Source: Deltaproteobacteria bacterium (GTDB lineage: Bacteria; Myxococcota; Kuafuiibacteriia; Kuafuiibacteriales; Kuafuiibacteriaceae). Taken from it: a stretch of 64,000 nucleotides of DNA. A program made the position numbers and the translations under genes. Shown piece after piece: positions 19,401 to 28,263 of the stretch. The stretch spans positions 1-64,000 of the forward strand of contig JAVJQW010000057.1 in the NCBI GenBank assembly GCA_040218735.1, written 5' to 3'. Each line of letters opens with the position of its first letter. Position 1 is the stretch's first letter. The notes beneath the pieces were generated by a model, which was not told the origin of the DNA, did no database searches, and saw only the letters and a program-made list of their open reading frames with translations.

Positions 19401-22400
19401 CAACCTGTACATCGCGGACGCCGGATGCGCCTCGATTCGGCGCGTTCGACCGGACGGAATCATCGAGATGGTCGTCCGCAATGAGATCAGGCAAGGAACC
19501 GGCGTCGTCGCCGTCGATGATCACGGTGTCCTCTACTTCAGCGACGGCAACCAGATTCAGCGCATGAACCTCATCGGGAGGCCGGAGGTCGTCGCTGGTG
19601 ATTTCTTCACGGGGCTCACGGGGGATGGTGGTCCCGCGACCGCCGCACGATTTCAGAGCATTCGGGCCATGCACATCGACGACGGCCGGAATATCTTCGT
19701 TGCGACGGGGATCAATGGGCAAGTCATTCGTCGTCTGACGCCCCCGTTCCCGGGGTATGACTCTCAGGGCATCTTCGTTGCATCCGCCGCCGGTGACGAG
19801 CTCTATCAGTTCGACCCCTCCGGCCGCCACCTGGCCACGATTCACCCACTGACGGGTTCGAGTCTGCTGTCGTTTGCCTACGACCCGAGCGGTCGCCTCG
19901 CGAGTGTTACCGACTCCGTCGGGAACGTTACGACGATCTCTCGGGCGGGTGGCATGGTCGATATCGACGCTCCCCCCGGGCTCCGCACGAGTCTCGTGGA
20001 GGACAGCAACGGTTTCCTGAGCTCCTTCATGAACCCCGACGGCGATGTGACGACGATGGCTCATTCATCCTCGGGGCTTCTCAGCTCGATGACCAAACCT
20101 CAGGGCGGGACGACACAGTATACCTACGACGCTGCGGGCCGGCTCCTCGGAGAAACGGACGAAACGGGAGTCACCCTCGGCCTGTCGCGAGTCGAAACAT
20201 CCACCTCGATGAGCGTTGCGCGGACCACGGGCCTCGGTCGTCAGACGTCCTATCGAGTTCTACAAGACGATGCTTCGTCCCGGATCCGCGAGGTCGTGCA
20301 TCCGAACGGAACGCGGAGCGTAGGCGTGGGCTATTCGAGTGGGGAGAGGACCCTGACGTTGCCGACCGGTACCGTGATCGAGCGCGCGACGAGCAGCGAT
20401 CCGCGATTCGGAATGGTGGCGCCCGTGCACACGATGCGAACGGTTACCCAGCCGAGCGGTCTCGCGAACAATGAGCTGGTCTCGAGAACCACGACGCTTC
20501 AGGACCCATCGGACCTCCTGAGTGTGACGTCGGTGGTCGACACCGTCGATCGCAACGGTCGCGTCTACACGATGACGTTCGACGGGGCGGCGAGATCCCT
20601 CACGACTGTCACGCCAGCCGGTCGTTCGTCGACGCGAGTCCTGGATTCTCTCGGGCGTATCGTGAGTATGATCTCACCGGGATTTCAGTCGGTGGACGTC
20701 AACTACGATACCTTCGGTCGGCCCACTCGGATCACTCGCGGTAGTGGTGCGACGGCGCGGCAGTATGATATCGTCTACGACTCGTCGGGTTTCGTGCAGA
20801 GTGTGACGGACCCGGGAGGCAATACTGCCGCCTTTTCCAGAGACGGTGCGGGTCGCGTACTCGTACTCACGATGCCGGACGGCCGCACCTCCAGCATGAC
20901 CTACGACGGCGACGGTAACATCTCGAGTGTCGTCTCACCCTCGGGCGCGGCGCATTCTTTTGCCTATGACGGCTCGGGCCGAGAGGTTGGTTATTCACCC
21001 GCGGCCGTCGGCGGACCCGCGACGAGCGTACTCACTCAGTACGACGCCGACGGGATGCTCGCGCGAGTCGTTCGGCAGGACGGCGTCCGCGTCGACTTCC
21101 TTCGCAATGCGGTTTCCGGTCGCATCGACCGGGTCAGCGTGCCCGTCGGCGACTTCGTGTACGCGTACGATCCGGTTTCGGGTCTGCTGAGTGGCGCCGT
21201 GTCACCGTACAACGTCGCCATCGCACGCACCTACGATGGTTTCCTGCACACGGATTCACTTTGGAGCGGCTCCGTATCGGGTCTCGTGTCTCGAACCTAC
21301 GACGCCGACTTCTCCGTGAGCTCGGAGTCGGTGAACGGCGCCGCCGTCGCGCGAACGTACGACGCCGACAAACTCCTGACCGGCGTTGGATCGTTGACGA
21401 TCTCCAGGGACGCAGTGACAGGTGGCGTGACCGGGACATCTCTGGGACTTGTTGCGACGTCGAGGGCGGAGAATGGATTTGGTGAGGTTCAGTCGGAGAC
21501 GTTCTTGTTCAACGGCTCGCCCTTCTTCTCGATGACCTACGCCAGCCGTGATGCGTTGGGCCGGTTGACCGCGCGGACGGAGGACATCCTCGGTGCGACC
21601 TCGACCGATGAGTACTTCTACGACTCGTCGGCGCGACTCTCCGAGGTCTGGAGGAATGGCGCGCTCGTGCGTTCGTACACGTACGACGTCAACGGCAACC
21701 GAGCGGGAACCGTGGTGGACGCCCGCGATCGCCTCATGCAGGACGCAACGTATAGCTACGTCTACGACGAGCACGGCGAATTGATCAGTCGTACGGACCT
21801 CCTGTCGGGCGCCGTCACATCCTTCGAGCGGGATGCCCTGGGCAACCTCCTCGCTGTACATCTCCCGGACGCAACGACGATCGAGTACCTGGTCGATGCC
21901 CACGACCGCCGGGTCGCGCGACTGGTCGGCGGGATCTTCGACGTCGGGTGGCTCTACGACGGCCGGCGGTCGCTCATCGCGAGCATCGACGTGAACGGAA
22001 ACGTGATCAGCCGATTCGTCTACGGAGAAGACGTAAACTCTCCGGAGTACATGGTGCAGGGCACCAGCACGTATCGCCTCGTGAAGGACCATCTCGGCTC
22101 GGTTCGACTTGTTGTCGACGTCGCAACCGGCATCGTTGCTCAGCGACTCGACTACGACGAGTTTGGCGTCGTCCTGACGGATACGCAGCCTGGCTTCCAG
22201 CCGTTCGGATTCGCGGGCGGCCTGTACGACGCGAGCACGGGCCTCGTACGCTTCGGGGCTCGCGACTACGACGCGCACTCCGGGCGTTGGATCTCGCGAG
22301 ATCCGATCCGGTTCCGCGGGCGTGACTTCAACCTCTACCGATATGCCGGGGGCGATCCGGTCAACTACACGGATCCATCAGGCCTCGTATGCGGGAGCGG

Positions 22401-22746
22401 CGTCACGGACTGCTGGGTGCCCGACTATCCGTTCGGCTTCGACTTCACGAAGGCCTGTGAGGCGCATGATGCCTGCTACGGCACGCTCGGTGCGTCTCGG
22501 GTGGGCTGCGACCTTCGGATGTTCGCGGATGTAGTCACCACGGCTTGTCTGGAGCAGTCACCAGCTGACATGGCGGGCTGTGTCGCGACCGCCCAGGCCT
22601 ATTTTGGTGCGGTTCGGCTGTTTGGCGCTTTGCCGTTTAGGTGGGCGCAAGAGGAGGCGGAAGAGCGTCAACGCTGCGGCGCGCCCGAGCACGAGTCCGA
22701 CCAGGAACCCTGCGGCATAGATCGATACTGGACGCCGAGCCAGTAG
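16447..22746 (+). CDS. Teneurin-like YD/Rhs protein (signal peptide, ExCDGxDNDC metal-binding repeats, NHL propeller, YD shell, Rhs core) with a C-terminal phospholipase A2-like domain
   Basis: ELCDGVDNDCNG repeats; GDGGPA NHL repeats; YD repeats; DHLGSVR, FGARDYD, DPVNYTDPSGL; tip CGSG...VPD...FTKACEAHDACY...CD. Confidence 0.92.
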   Translation: MSVLLRVASLAAVLAPSTVFAQALQVTPGDGAYIVGDDYVTLEISVVGLDPSASVVDMYATLDGQTCHEDFIQCIGGMSVLTSGQSTFACFFHASYLGVGTHMKFVSLQLSDGSWISDSLVWHVVQGGGCQPTPELCDGVDNDCNGVVDDGPPPDAMTWYPDVDGDGFGDVSGAVSACAAPAGYTDVVGDCDDAVPSINPAAVEICDNVDNDCSNGIDDGVLNCVGGQPVPADPSPFATARGGSAVQPLGEGVQFLYSGPDAVQIGATPGAIDPAQAAVLRGRVQLADGSPAPLVSVTVVGQPEYGSTLSRIDGQYDLVVNGGRDIVLDFTAPGYLPVQRRIRTSRQEYALPPDVVMTALDPIVTPIDLSSTQPFQVAQGSQVVDADGARRGTILFPQGLSATMVMPDGSTQGLSSMNVRVTEYTVGDLGQAAMPGNLPATSAYTYAVELSVDEAMAAGATSVDFSQPIPYYVDNFLSIPTGESVPLGYYDRIRSMWVGSPSGLVIDVLSVAGGVAQLDIDGSGVAADSVSLGALGISTDELTTIASLFAAGSSFWRVPIPHFTPFDCNWPYNLPLGAVVPSPRVAAAALRRIACSSVENGDGTQLENQVLGEELDVTGTPFKLHYASDRAPGFDVHRIVPVELYEGAPPPNVDRVDVELRIAGRSIRTSSPPVPDASVTLTWDGVDAYGRTIQGLFPGRVRVGHVYTPVYAGEGVGFGSFAASLIGFNPLRFELLVWDEREVELGGFDARSIGLAGWSLSHHHVYDPISRTLYRGDGKIQNGEEVPFIVRRHANTPLTGLVLIYGFAIDSLGRLYFSNNSVNVSRIGLSGQIERVAGNGTIGFSGDGGPADQAQLSVPRGIAIDRNDMLYIADSRNNRIRRVDLSTGIISTFAGNGVGAFAGDGGPALSASIRNPIGLAIDSQDALYVSTGIFSRRVRRIRPDGDIETYAGSGSQWFLGFTGDGQLATAGRLCAPEGIAFDQNDNLYIADAGCASIRRVRPDGIIEMVVRNEIRQGTGVVAVDDHGVLYFSDGNQIQRMNLIGRPEVVAGDFFTGLTGDGGPATAARFQSIRAMHIDDGRNIFVATGINGQVIRRLTPPFPGYDSQGIFVASAAGDELYQFDPSGRHLATIHPLTGSSLLSFAYDPSGRLASVTDSVGNVTTISRAGGMVDIDAPPGLRTSLVEDSNGFLSSFMNPDGDVTTMAHSSSGLLSSMTKPQGGTTQYTYDAAGRLLGETDETGVTLGLSRVETSTSMSVARTTGLGRQTSYRVLQDDASSRIREVVHPNGTRSVGVGYSSGERTLTLPTGTVIERATSSDPRFGMVAPVHTMRTVTQPSGLANNELVSRTTTLQDPSDLLSVTSVVDTVDRNGRVYTMTFDGAARSLTTVTPAGRSSTRVLDSLGRIVSMISPGFQSVDVNYDTFGRPTRITRGSGATARQYDIVYDSSGFVQSVTDPGGNTAAFSRDGAGRVLVLTMPDGRTSSMTYDGDGNISSVVSPSGAAHSFAYDGSGREVGYSPAAVGGPATSVLTQYDADGMLARVVRQDGVRVDFLRNAVSGRIDRVSVPVGDFVYAYDPVSGLLSGAVSPYNVAIARTYDGFLHTDSLWSGSVSGLVSRTYDADFSVSSESVNGAAVARTYDADKLLTGVGSLTISRDAVTGGVTGTSLGLVATSRAENGFGEVQSETFLFNGSPFFSMTYASRDALGRLTARTEDILGATSTDEYFYDSSARLSEVWRNGALVRSYTYDVNGNRAGTVVDARDRLMQDATYSYVYDEHGELISRTDLLSGAVTSFERDALGNLLAVHLPDATTIEYLVDAHDRRVARLVGGIFDVGWLYDGRRSLIASIDVNGNVISRFVYGEDVNSPEYMVQGTSTYRLVKDHLGSVRLVVDVATGIVAQRLDYDEFGVVLTDTQPGFQPFGFAGGLYDASTGLVRFGARDYDAHSGRWISRDPIRFRGRDFNLYRYAGGDPVNYTDPSGLVCGSGVTDCWVPDYPFGFDFTKACEAHDACYGTLGASRVGCDLRMFADVVTTACLEQSPADMAGCVATAQAYFGAVRLFGALPFRWAQEEAEERQRCGAPEHESDQEPCGIDRYWTPSQ

Positions 22747-22849
22747 GGAGGGCCGCGCTCGACATTTGTCCGAGGTACGCGCACCGAGCACGAGACCAAT
22801 AAGACGGAGGGCCTTGACCGAGCTTCCTTCTTCAACTTTCAACCGCCGG

Positions 22850-23046
22850 CGCGCTTCGATGTTCCGGTCGGCGCCCGCCCCCTCCGGGGACCTCCTCGAG
22901 CAGTCCGACTCCACTATACACAGATGCTCAGGTACAGGCGTCTACAGGACGTCGGTGAGAAACGCGACGCTGTGGCCGTGCTGTACAAGCTGACCGATGC
23001 GCCGCTTGGGCACTATTTGGTCACTGGAGTGGAGGCAGCTTCGTAA
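22850..23046 (+). pseudogene. Decayed C-terminal remnant of a probable tyrosine integrase
   Basis: DLLEQSDSTI then, after a frameshift, MLRYRRL...KRDAVAVL...GHYLVT; resembles the box II region and tail of phage integrases and reads toward the att core. Confidence 0.5.
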
Positions 23047-23071
23047 GATATCGAACTCGCTAAGGAAAAGA

Positions 23072-23144
23072 CTCCGGAAGAGGGACTTGAACCCCCGACC
23101 TAGTGGTTAACAGCCACCCGCTCTACCGACTGAGCTATTCCGGA
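23072..23144 (-). tRNA. tRNA-Asn (anticodon GTT), CCA not encoded
   Basis: TCCGGAA/TTCCGGA acceptor stem, AGCTCAGTCGGTAGAGC D-arm, CTGTTAA anticodon loop, GGTTCAAGTCC T-loop, discriminator G. Confidence 0.97.
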
Positions 23145-23273
23145 TCAGCCAGACACCAGGGCGCCCAGCGACCGCCGAGTCTAGCTTTCGCGCGGCTCGT
23201 GTCAAGACTCGATTCGCGCACTTCGTCCGACCATTCTTCCGCCCCAAGCGAGGGGGCGGGGCGGTAGGATGCG

Positions 23274-24299
23274 GTGATGCGACGGCGCCTCTCGACGCTG
23301 ATGCTCCTGCTCCTCGGGGCGACCGCCTGCGGTGATGAGCCGATGCGCGTGCCGCCGCCGCCGGCGGGGGCCGGGTCGATCATCATTCGGTGGTCTCTCG
23401 AGGACCCCGACGGGGTGGCGCTGAACTGCGCCGACCTGCAGATCGCCGAGGCCGAGGTGGCCATCGGCGGGACGCCGATCGTCGTGCCGTGCGGCGAGAC
23501 CGAAGAAGCCTCGTTCGAGAACGTCATCCCCGGGCGCATCCCCGTCGTCATCCGGCTCCTCAACTCCATCGGGCTCGAGTTCGACAGCCACATCGACAAC
23601 GCGATCGTCGAAGACCAGACGGAGCTCGAGTACACCCACGTCTTCGTCGTCGACGAAGAAGAGTTCCAACGCGGCACCCTCGACATCAACTGGCGCATCG
23701 ACACCCGCGTCCCCGCCCAGACCTGCGGGCTCATCGGCGCCACCACCATGCGCATCGCCACGCGCTCCGGGTCGATCTCCATGTTCGAGATGGACGCCGA
23801 CTGCGAAGCCGGCCAACTCATCATCCCCGACGTCCGCCGCGGCGGCTACGACTTCATCTTCTGGCTCGTCGCCGCCGACGGAACGCTGCTCGAACCGCCC
23901 GAGACGCGCACCTCCATCGGCGTGTTCGCCGGCGACACCACGCGCGTGAGCCTCAACTTCCGCACCGTCGATCCCCGACCGCGCACCGTGCTCACGCGCT
24001 GGACCGTCCAGACCTCGACCCCGACGGCGACCAACTGCTTCGACATCGGCGGCGAAGAAGTCCGCGTCACGCTCGAGACCCCCAACCCCCTCACGGGCCT
24101 CCTCGAGCTCACCGACACCGCCACGACCGCGTGCGCCTCCGGCTCCGCGACCGTCCGCGGCGAACAGACCGACGGCGCCCTCCTCACCGCACGCCTCGTC
24201 GACACCTTCGGCGGCACCCTCGTGCTTCGCAGCGTCGAAGACCTCGACCTGCGCGTCTCGAGCGCCACGGTCAGCGTCGACTTCACGCCCGAAGACTAA
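23274..24299 (+). CDS. Lipoprotein with three repeated beta-rich Cys-paired domains
   Basis: LLGATAC lipobox; three W...C...C units. Confidence 0.8.
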   Translation: MMRRRLSTLMLLLLGATACGDEPMRVPPPPAGAGSIIIRWSLEDPDGVALNCADLQIAEAEVAIGGTPIVVPCGETEEASFENVIPGRIPVVIRLLNSIGLEFDSHIDNAIVEDQTELEYTHVFVVDEEEFQRGTLDINWRIDTRVPAQTCGLIGATTMRIATRSGSISMFEMDADCEAGQLIIPDVRRGGYDFIFWLVAADGTLLEPPETRTSIGVFAGDTTRVSLNFRTVDPRPRTVLTRWTVQTSTPTATNCFDIGGEEVRVTLETPNPLTGLLELTDTATTACASGSATVRGEQTDGALLTARLVDTFGGTLVLRSVEDLDLRVSSATVSVDFTPED

Positions 24300-24314
24300 G
24301 GGCCCGCACGGGCC

Positions 24315-25475
24315 CTAAGACCCCGCCCGGCCCCGCGGCGGACGCTGCTTGAACAGCTCCGGATCCACACGCCGGCCGTCCAGCTTGATCTCGAAGTGCA
24401 GGTGCGGCCCCGTCGCCCGCCCGCTCTCCCCCGACAACATGATCACGTCACCCTTCGACACGTGATCTCCACGCCGCACCACCAGCTCGGATGCGTGGCA
24501 GTACGCGCTCGCCAATCCGTGGCCGTGATCGATCTTGATGAACTTCCCGTTCACCGAGTCCTCACCAGCGAACCGAATCACCCCGTCCGCCACCGCGCGA
24601 ATCTCGGTGCCCGTCCCCACCGCGAGGTCGGTGCCCGTGTGCAGCTTCTTCGTCCCGAGCACCGGGTGCGTGCGCCAGCCGAACGACGATGAGATCGGCG
24701 TCTTGAACGGCACCGGCCACTGCATCGAAAACGCCGTCACCAACGCAAACGTCCCGTTCACCAACGGGTCCGTCTCCAACGCGACGTCGCTCGGCAGGAA
24801 CCGCGAGAAGTCCTCGTACGCCGTCGGGTTCGCCGCCCCCGACGCCCGCGCGCGGTCGACCGCGTACGCCACCGCCGTGAGATCCACCGCCGTCGCCGCC
24901 ACGGCCGGCTCGAGCCCACCGAGCCGCTTCGACAGCTTCGCCACCGCGTCGAGCAACGCCTGCTCGCGCACCTTCGCCGGCGCGTCGGCGGCCGGCCACT
25001 CGATCCCCACCGCGAAGAACGAGCCGCGTCCGGACTCGAGCAGCTGCACGTCGTAGTGACGCCCTGCCCGCTTGCCGCCCGACAACATCATCACCAACGC
25101 CCGCGCCACGTCCGGCGGGACGCCGACCTTCTTCGCCTGGATGCTCACCGGCGCCCGCGGCTTCGGCGGCTTCACGATCTCCTCGAGCTGCGCGAGCGAG
25201 CTGTTCGACGACCCGCTGCCCGTGTCCGTGTCGAAGTAGCTGATCAGCGAACGTGTCTTCGCCTGTCGCCCGACGATCGCGTTGTAGCCGCGCTCGAGGA
25301 GCTGGCCGACCGGTGTCGCGATCACGAGCGCGTACGTCGCGAACACCACCGCGATCAGATCCAGGAACCCGCGGCGCGGTCCGCTCGGCTTGGACGGCGA
25401 CGGCGGCGGAGCACGCGGCGTCGAACGCTCCGCTTCGATCGAAGCGAGCAGGCGATCGAGATCTTCGCGACTCAC
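24315..25475 (-). CDS. Membrane-anchored M23 family metallopeptidase
   Basis: HTGTD and GPHLHFE zinc motifs, YCH; one TM helix; GTG start overlapping the upstream stop. Confidence 0.9.
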   Translation of the reverse strand: MSREDLDRLLASIEAERSTPRAPPPSPSKPSGPRRGFLDLIAVVFATYALVIATPVGQLLERGYNAIVGRQAKTRSLISYFDTDTGSGSSNSSLAQLEEIVKPPKPRAPVSIQAKKVGVPPDVARALVMMLSGGKRAGRHYDVQLLESGRGSFFAVGIEWPAADAPAKVREQALLDAVAKLSKRLGGLEPAVAATAVDLTAVAYAVDRARASGAANPTAYEDFSRFLPSDVALETDPLVNGTFALVTAFSMQWPVPFKTPISSSFGWRTHPVLGTKKLHTGTDLAVGTGTEIRAVADGVIRFAGEDSVNGKFIKIDHGHGLASAYCHASELVVRRGDHVSKGDVIMLSGESGRATGPHLHFEIKLDGRRVDPELFKQRPPRGRAGS

Positions 25476-26278
25476 GACAGCGGCCAGAGCGCGCGCAACG
25501 TCGCGACGATCGGTGTCGAGGCGAACACCGCGAAGAAGGTGATGGGGAGGATGACCAGCGCGGTCCACACGCCGCGCATCCGACGGTGACGCATCGGGAT
25601 GCTCGCCGCCCGATCCGCTTCGGCCCGGCGGTCCGCCCACGCCGCCGCCGACTTCACGACGTTCGTCGCGAGCCGCCACGTCACGAGCACCAGCGCGACG
25701 ATGCCGACCACCGCCGCGACGCGCCCCGCGCCGAGCGACAGATACGGGAGGCTCTTCACCGCCTCGTGCGTCCCGACCTGGACCTTCTGCGCCACGATCA
25801 CCACGCCCGAGATCGAGGCGAGCAGCGCCGCCAACGGCGCGACCAGACGCAGCACCGTGAAGTCGAGGTAGAGCTTCCGCAGGTTGTCGAGGATCGGCAC
25901 GTCGTCCGTGCGGTGCCGGAAGATCGGTATGGCGAAGATCAGATCCGCGCCCAGCTCGACGAGCAGCGCCGTCCACCGCGCCGCCCACGCCTTCACCTCC
26001 AGATCGATGAAGTCGATCGCCTTGAAGGTGTGCGCCGCGGTCGTGCTCACCGAGACGTCGAGCGCCCCGTACACGTTCTGGATCAGCCACGCGAGGAGGT
26101 CGTCGAGGCGCGCGTCGAAGAAGTTGAAGAGGACGAAGCTGAGATCGTCGACGCGGTCGCTCCCGGCGTGGATGCCGATCGCGACCACCGCGAACAGGCC
26201 GACCGGGAGGAAGAGGCCCCGGAAGAGCCCGAGCGTCATCGAGAGCCTACCGAGGAACGATGTCTTCGCTTCCGTCAT
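25472..26278 (-). CDS. Multi-pass membrane protein of unknown function
   Basis: Several hydrophobic segments; GC3-rich codons; coupled to the M23 gene. Confidence 0.75.
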   Translation of the reverse strand: MTEAKTSFLGRLSMTLGLFRGLFLPVGLFAVVAIGIHAGSDRVDDLSFVLFNFFDARLDDLLAWLIQNVYGALDVSVSTTAAHTFKAIDFIDLEVKAWAARWTALLVELGADLIFAIPIFRHRTDDVPILDNLRKLYLDFTVLRLVAPLAALLASISGVVIVAQKVQVGTHEAVKSLPYLSLGAGRVAAVVGIVALVLVTWRLATNVVKSAAAWADRRAEADRAASIPMRHRRMRGVWTALVILPITFFAVFASTPIVATLRALWPLS

Positions 26279-26422
26279 GAACGAACGCTCTCGGCCTCAA
26301 CGTCCGAGGCGGCGAACGGATCTGAAGAGATCCGCTCGTGCGACGGACAACGAAGGAGGCCTCCGAGTTTCTGCCCTTCGCCTCTCGAAACCTTAACCGC
26401 CCCCGCCGACGGGACAAGCCGA

Positions 26423-28183
26423 TCACGGCGCGACGACGCCACGACGACACGCCAGCGCCCGCAGACGCTCCCGAAGGTCCTCGGGCGGGTCCGTGGCCCG
26501 ATCCAACGTCTCCTGCAGCGCCGCACAGGCCCCCTCGACCCGGCCCATCCGTTTGCGCAGCTCCGCGACGAGCACCGCGTAGGCCGCTTCTTCGGGCTGG
26601 TGCCGCCACAGATCCGACGCGATGCGCTCGCCGCGATCGAGGTCGCCGCCGTAGTCCGCCGTGAGCTTCGCCAGCCCGTACAGCGCCTCCTTGTGCGTCG
26701 GCAGCGCCGCGAGCGCGCGCTCGTAGGCGCTCCGGGACGCGTCGACCTCGCCGATCGACGCGAGCTGATCCGCCAGCTCGACGTGTGCGCTCGACATCCC
26801 TGGGAACGTCGAGACCTTCTGCTTCGCCTTCGCGAGCGGCCGCGGCTCCGTCAACAGCGCCTGCGTCATCATCTCGTCGAAGATGGGCCCGTACGCTTCG
26901 ACCCACCCGCGCGGTGCCGACAACACCAGCGCGTAGCTGTAGTGCCCACGCGCGATCAGGACGTTGCGCGTCCGCTGCGGACCGGCCCGCGAGTCCAGCG
27001 CGATGTCGAGCTGCACGGCCTCGCCACCGTCGATCAGGTACGGGCGCTCCGCGAGGACCCGCACCGCCGCGATGTCGCCCGCCTTCTCGCGACGCGCGAG
27101 CTCGTCTTCGAGGAAACGCCGCCGCACTGCGTCCACGGAGATCGGGTGCGTGGTCCTTCGCTCGGCACGCACGCCGATGCTCACGCCGAGGGTGTTGCCC
27201 GCCGCCGCGTAGCCGAGGTGGTTCTCACCGAACGTCCACCGCGCCGGGTACGAAAACGAGATGCCACTCTCCTCCTCGACGAACGTCCGGTACGACGGGC
27301 CCGCCGCGCGCACGACGGGCCCGAGCGCCAACACCAACGCGACGATCGCCGCCGCCGCGAGCCCCGACGCGTACTTGTCCGAGAACGTGGTCGGGCGGCC
27401 GAGGTGCAACAGCTTCGGGTCCAGCGGGATCGTCGCGAGCACACCCGCGAGCAGCCCGCCGAGGTGTCCCCAGTTGTCCGTGTCGCGCGTCGCGAGGCCG
27501 ACGTAGAGGATGAACAACGCGTACGGCAGCACCGCGCCGCCGAAGTAGCGGCGGTAACGCGAGGGGAGGATCTCGCCGTACTTGTAGCCGAACACCGACG
27601 CGCTCCCGAACAACCCGAGCACCATCCCGCTCGCGCCGACGGAGGGGAGGCTCGACATCAACGTCGAGAACACCGTGGTGCCGACCGCCGACGCGACGAG
27701 GATCAGCAGGTAGTCACGCAGGCGGTACGCGTTCTCGATCGTCCCGCCGACGTTGAAGAGGAAGAACATGTTGAACAGCAGGTGCATCCGATCGCGGTGC
27801 AACACGTTCGCGGTCAGGAGCCGCCACGTCTCCCCGAGCTCGAGGATGTTCGGGTGCACCTTCGCGCCCGCGTCGATCAATGGATCGAGCGCGATGATCC
27901 GCGCGCTCCCCGCGAGCCCGAAGAACAACACGATCTGCAGCAGCACCAACCCCGTCGTCACGAACGGGAAGCGCCCCAACGAGAACGCACGCGTGAAGTG
28001 GATCCGCACCGGCGCGTAGAGGCGCTGGAACAGCTCGAGCTCGCGGGCGTCGACCCAGCGCTCGCCGGTCAACACCGTGAGTCGCACCGGCGTGGAGGGC
28101 GCGATGCGACCTTCACGCACGCGACGCTCGAACTCCTCGAGGGGGATCGTCTCCTCCCCGGTCTCGTTCTTCACCGAAATCAC
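26423..28183 (-). CDS. Rhomboid intramembrane serine protease with C-terminal TPRs
   Basis: WRLLT, HLLFNM, GASG, GHLGG; start uncertain (28183 or 28246). Confidence 0.9.
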   Translation of the reverse strand: MISVKNETGEETIPLEEFERRVREGRIAPSTPVRLTVLTGERWVDARELELFQRLYAPVRIHFTRAFSLGRFPFVTTGLVLLQIVLFFGLAGSARIIALDPLIDAGAKVHPNILELGETWRLLTANVLHRDRMHLLFNMFFLFNVGGTIENAYRLRDYLLILVASAVGTTVFSTLMSSLPSVGASGMVLGLFGSASVFGYKYGEILPSRYRRYFGGAVLPYALFILYVGLATRDTDNWGHLGGLLAGVLATIPLDPKLLHLGRPTTFSDKYASGLAAAAIVALVLALGPVVRAAGPSYRTFVEEESGISFSYPARWTFGENHLGYAAAGNTLGVSIGVRAERRTTHPISVDAVRRRFLEDELARREKAGDIAAVRVLAERPYLIDGGEAVQLDIALDSRAGPQRTRNVLIARGHYSYALVLSAPRGWVEAYGPIFDEMMTQALLTEPRPLAKAKQKVSTFPGMSSAHVELADQLASIGEVDASRSAYERALAALPTHKEALYGLAKLTADYGGDLDRGERIASDLWRHQPEEAAYAVLVAELRKRMGRVEGACAALQETLDRATDPPEDLRERLRALACRRGVVAP

Positions 28184-28263
28184 GCGATTCGAAGGCCAGC
28201 ATACCCCATCGGCCCCCCGGCCGATTGGCGCCGGTTCCCAGGTCATGGGCGTTATGGGGTGCC

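Larger units (their letters stand above)
16028..23093. mobile_element. Integrase-less genomic island at tRNA-Asn carrying one large toxin-like gene
   Basis: Bounded by 23-bp direct repeats 7043 bp apart; arm-like sites at both inner ends; decayed integrase-like tail. Confidence 0.8.

Noticed and set aside
22766-22993. 75-aa ORF as the toxin immunity gene
   Set aside because: TTG start, no signal peptide or TM segment, and it overlaps the integrase-like remnant.
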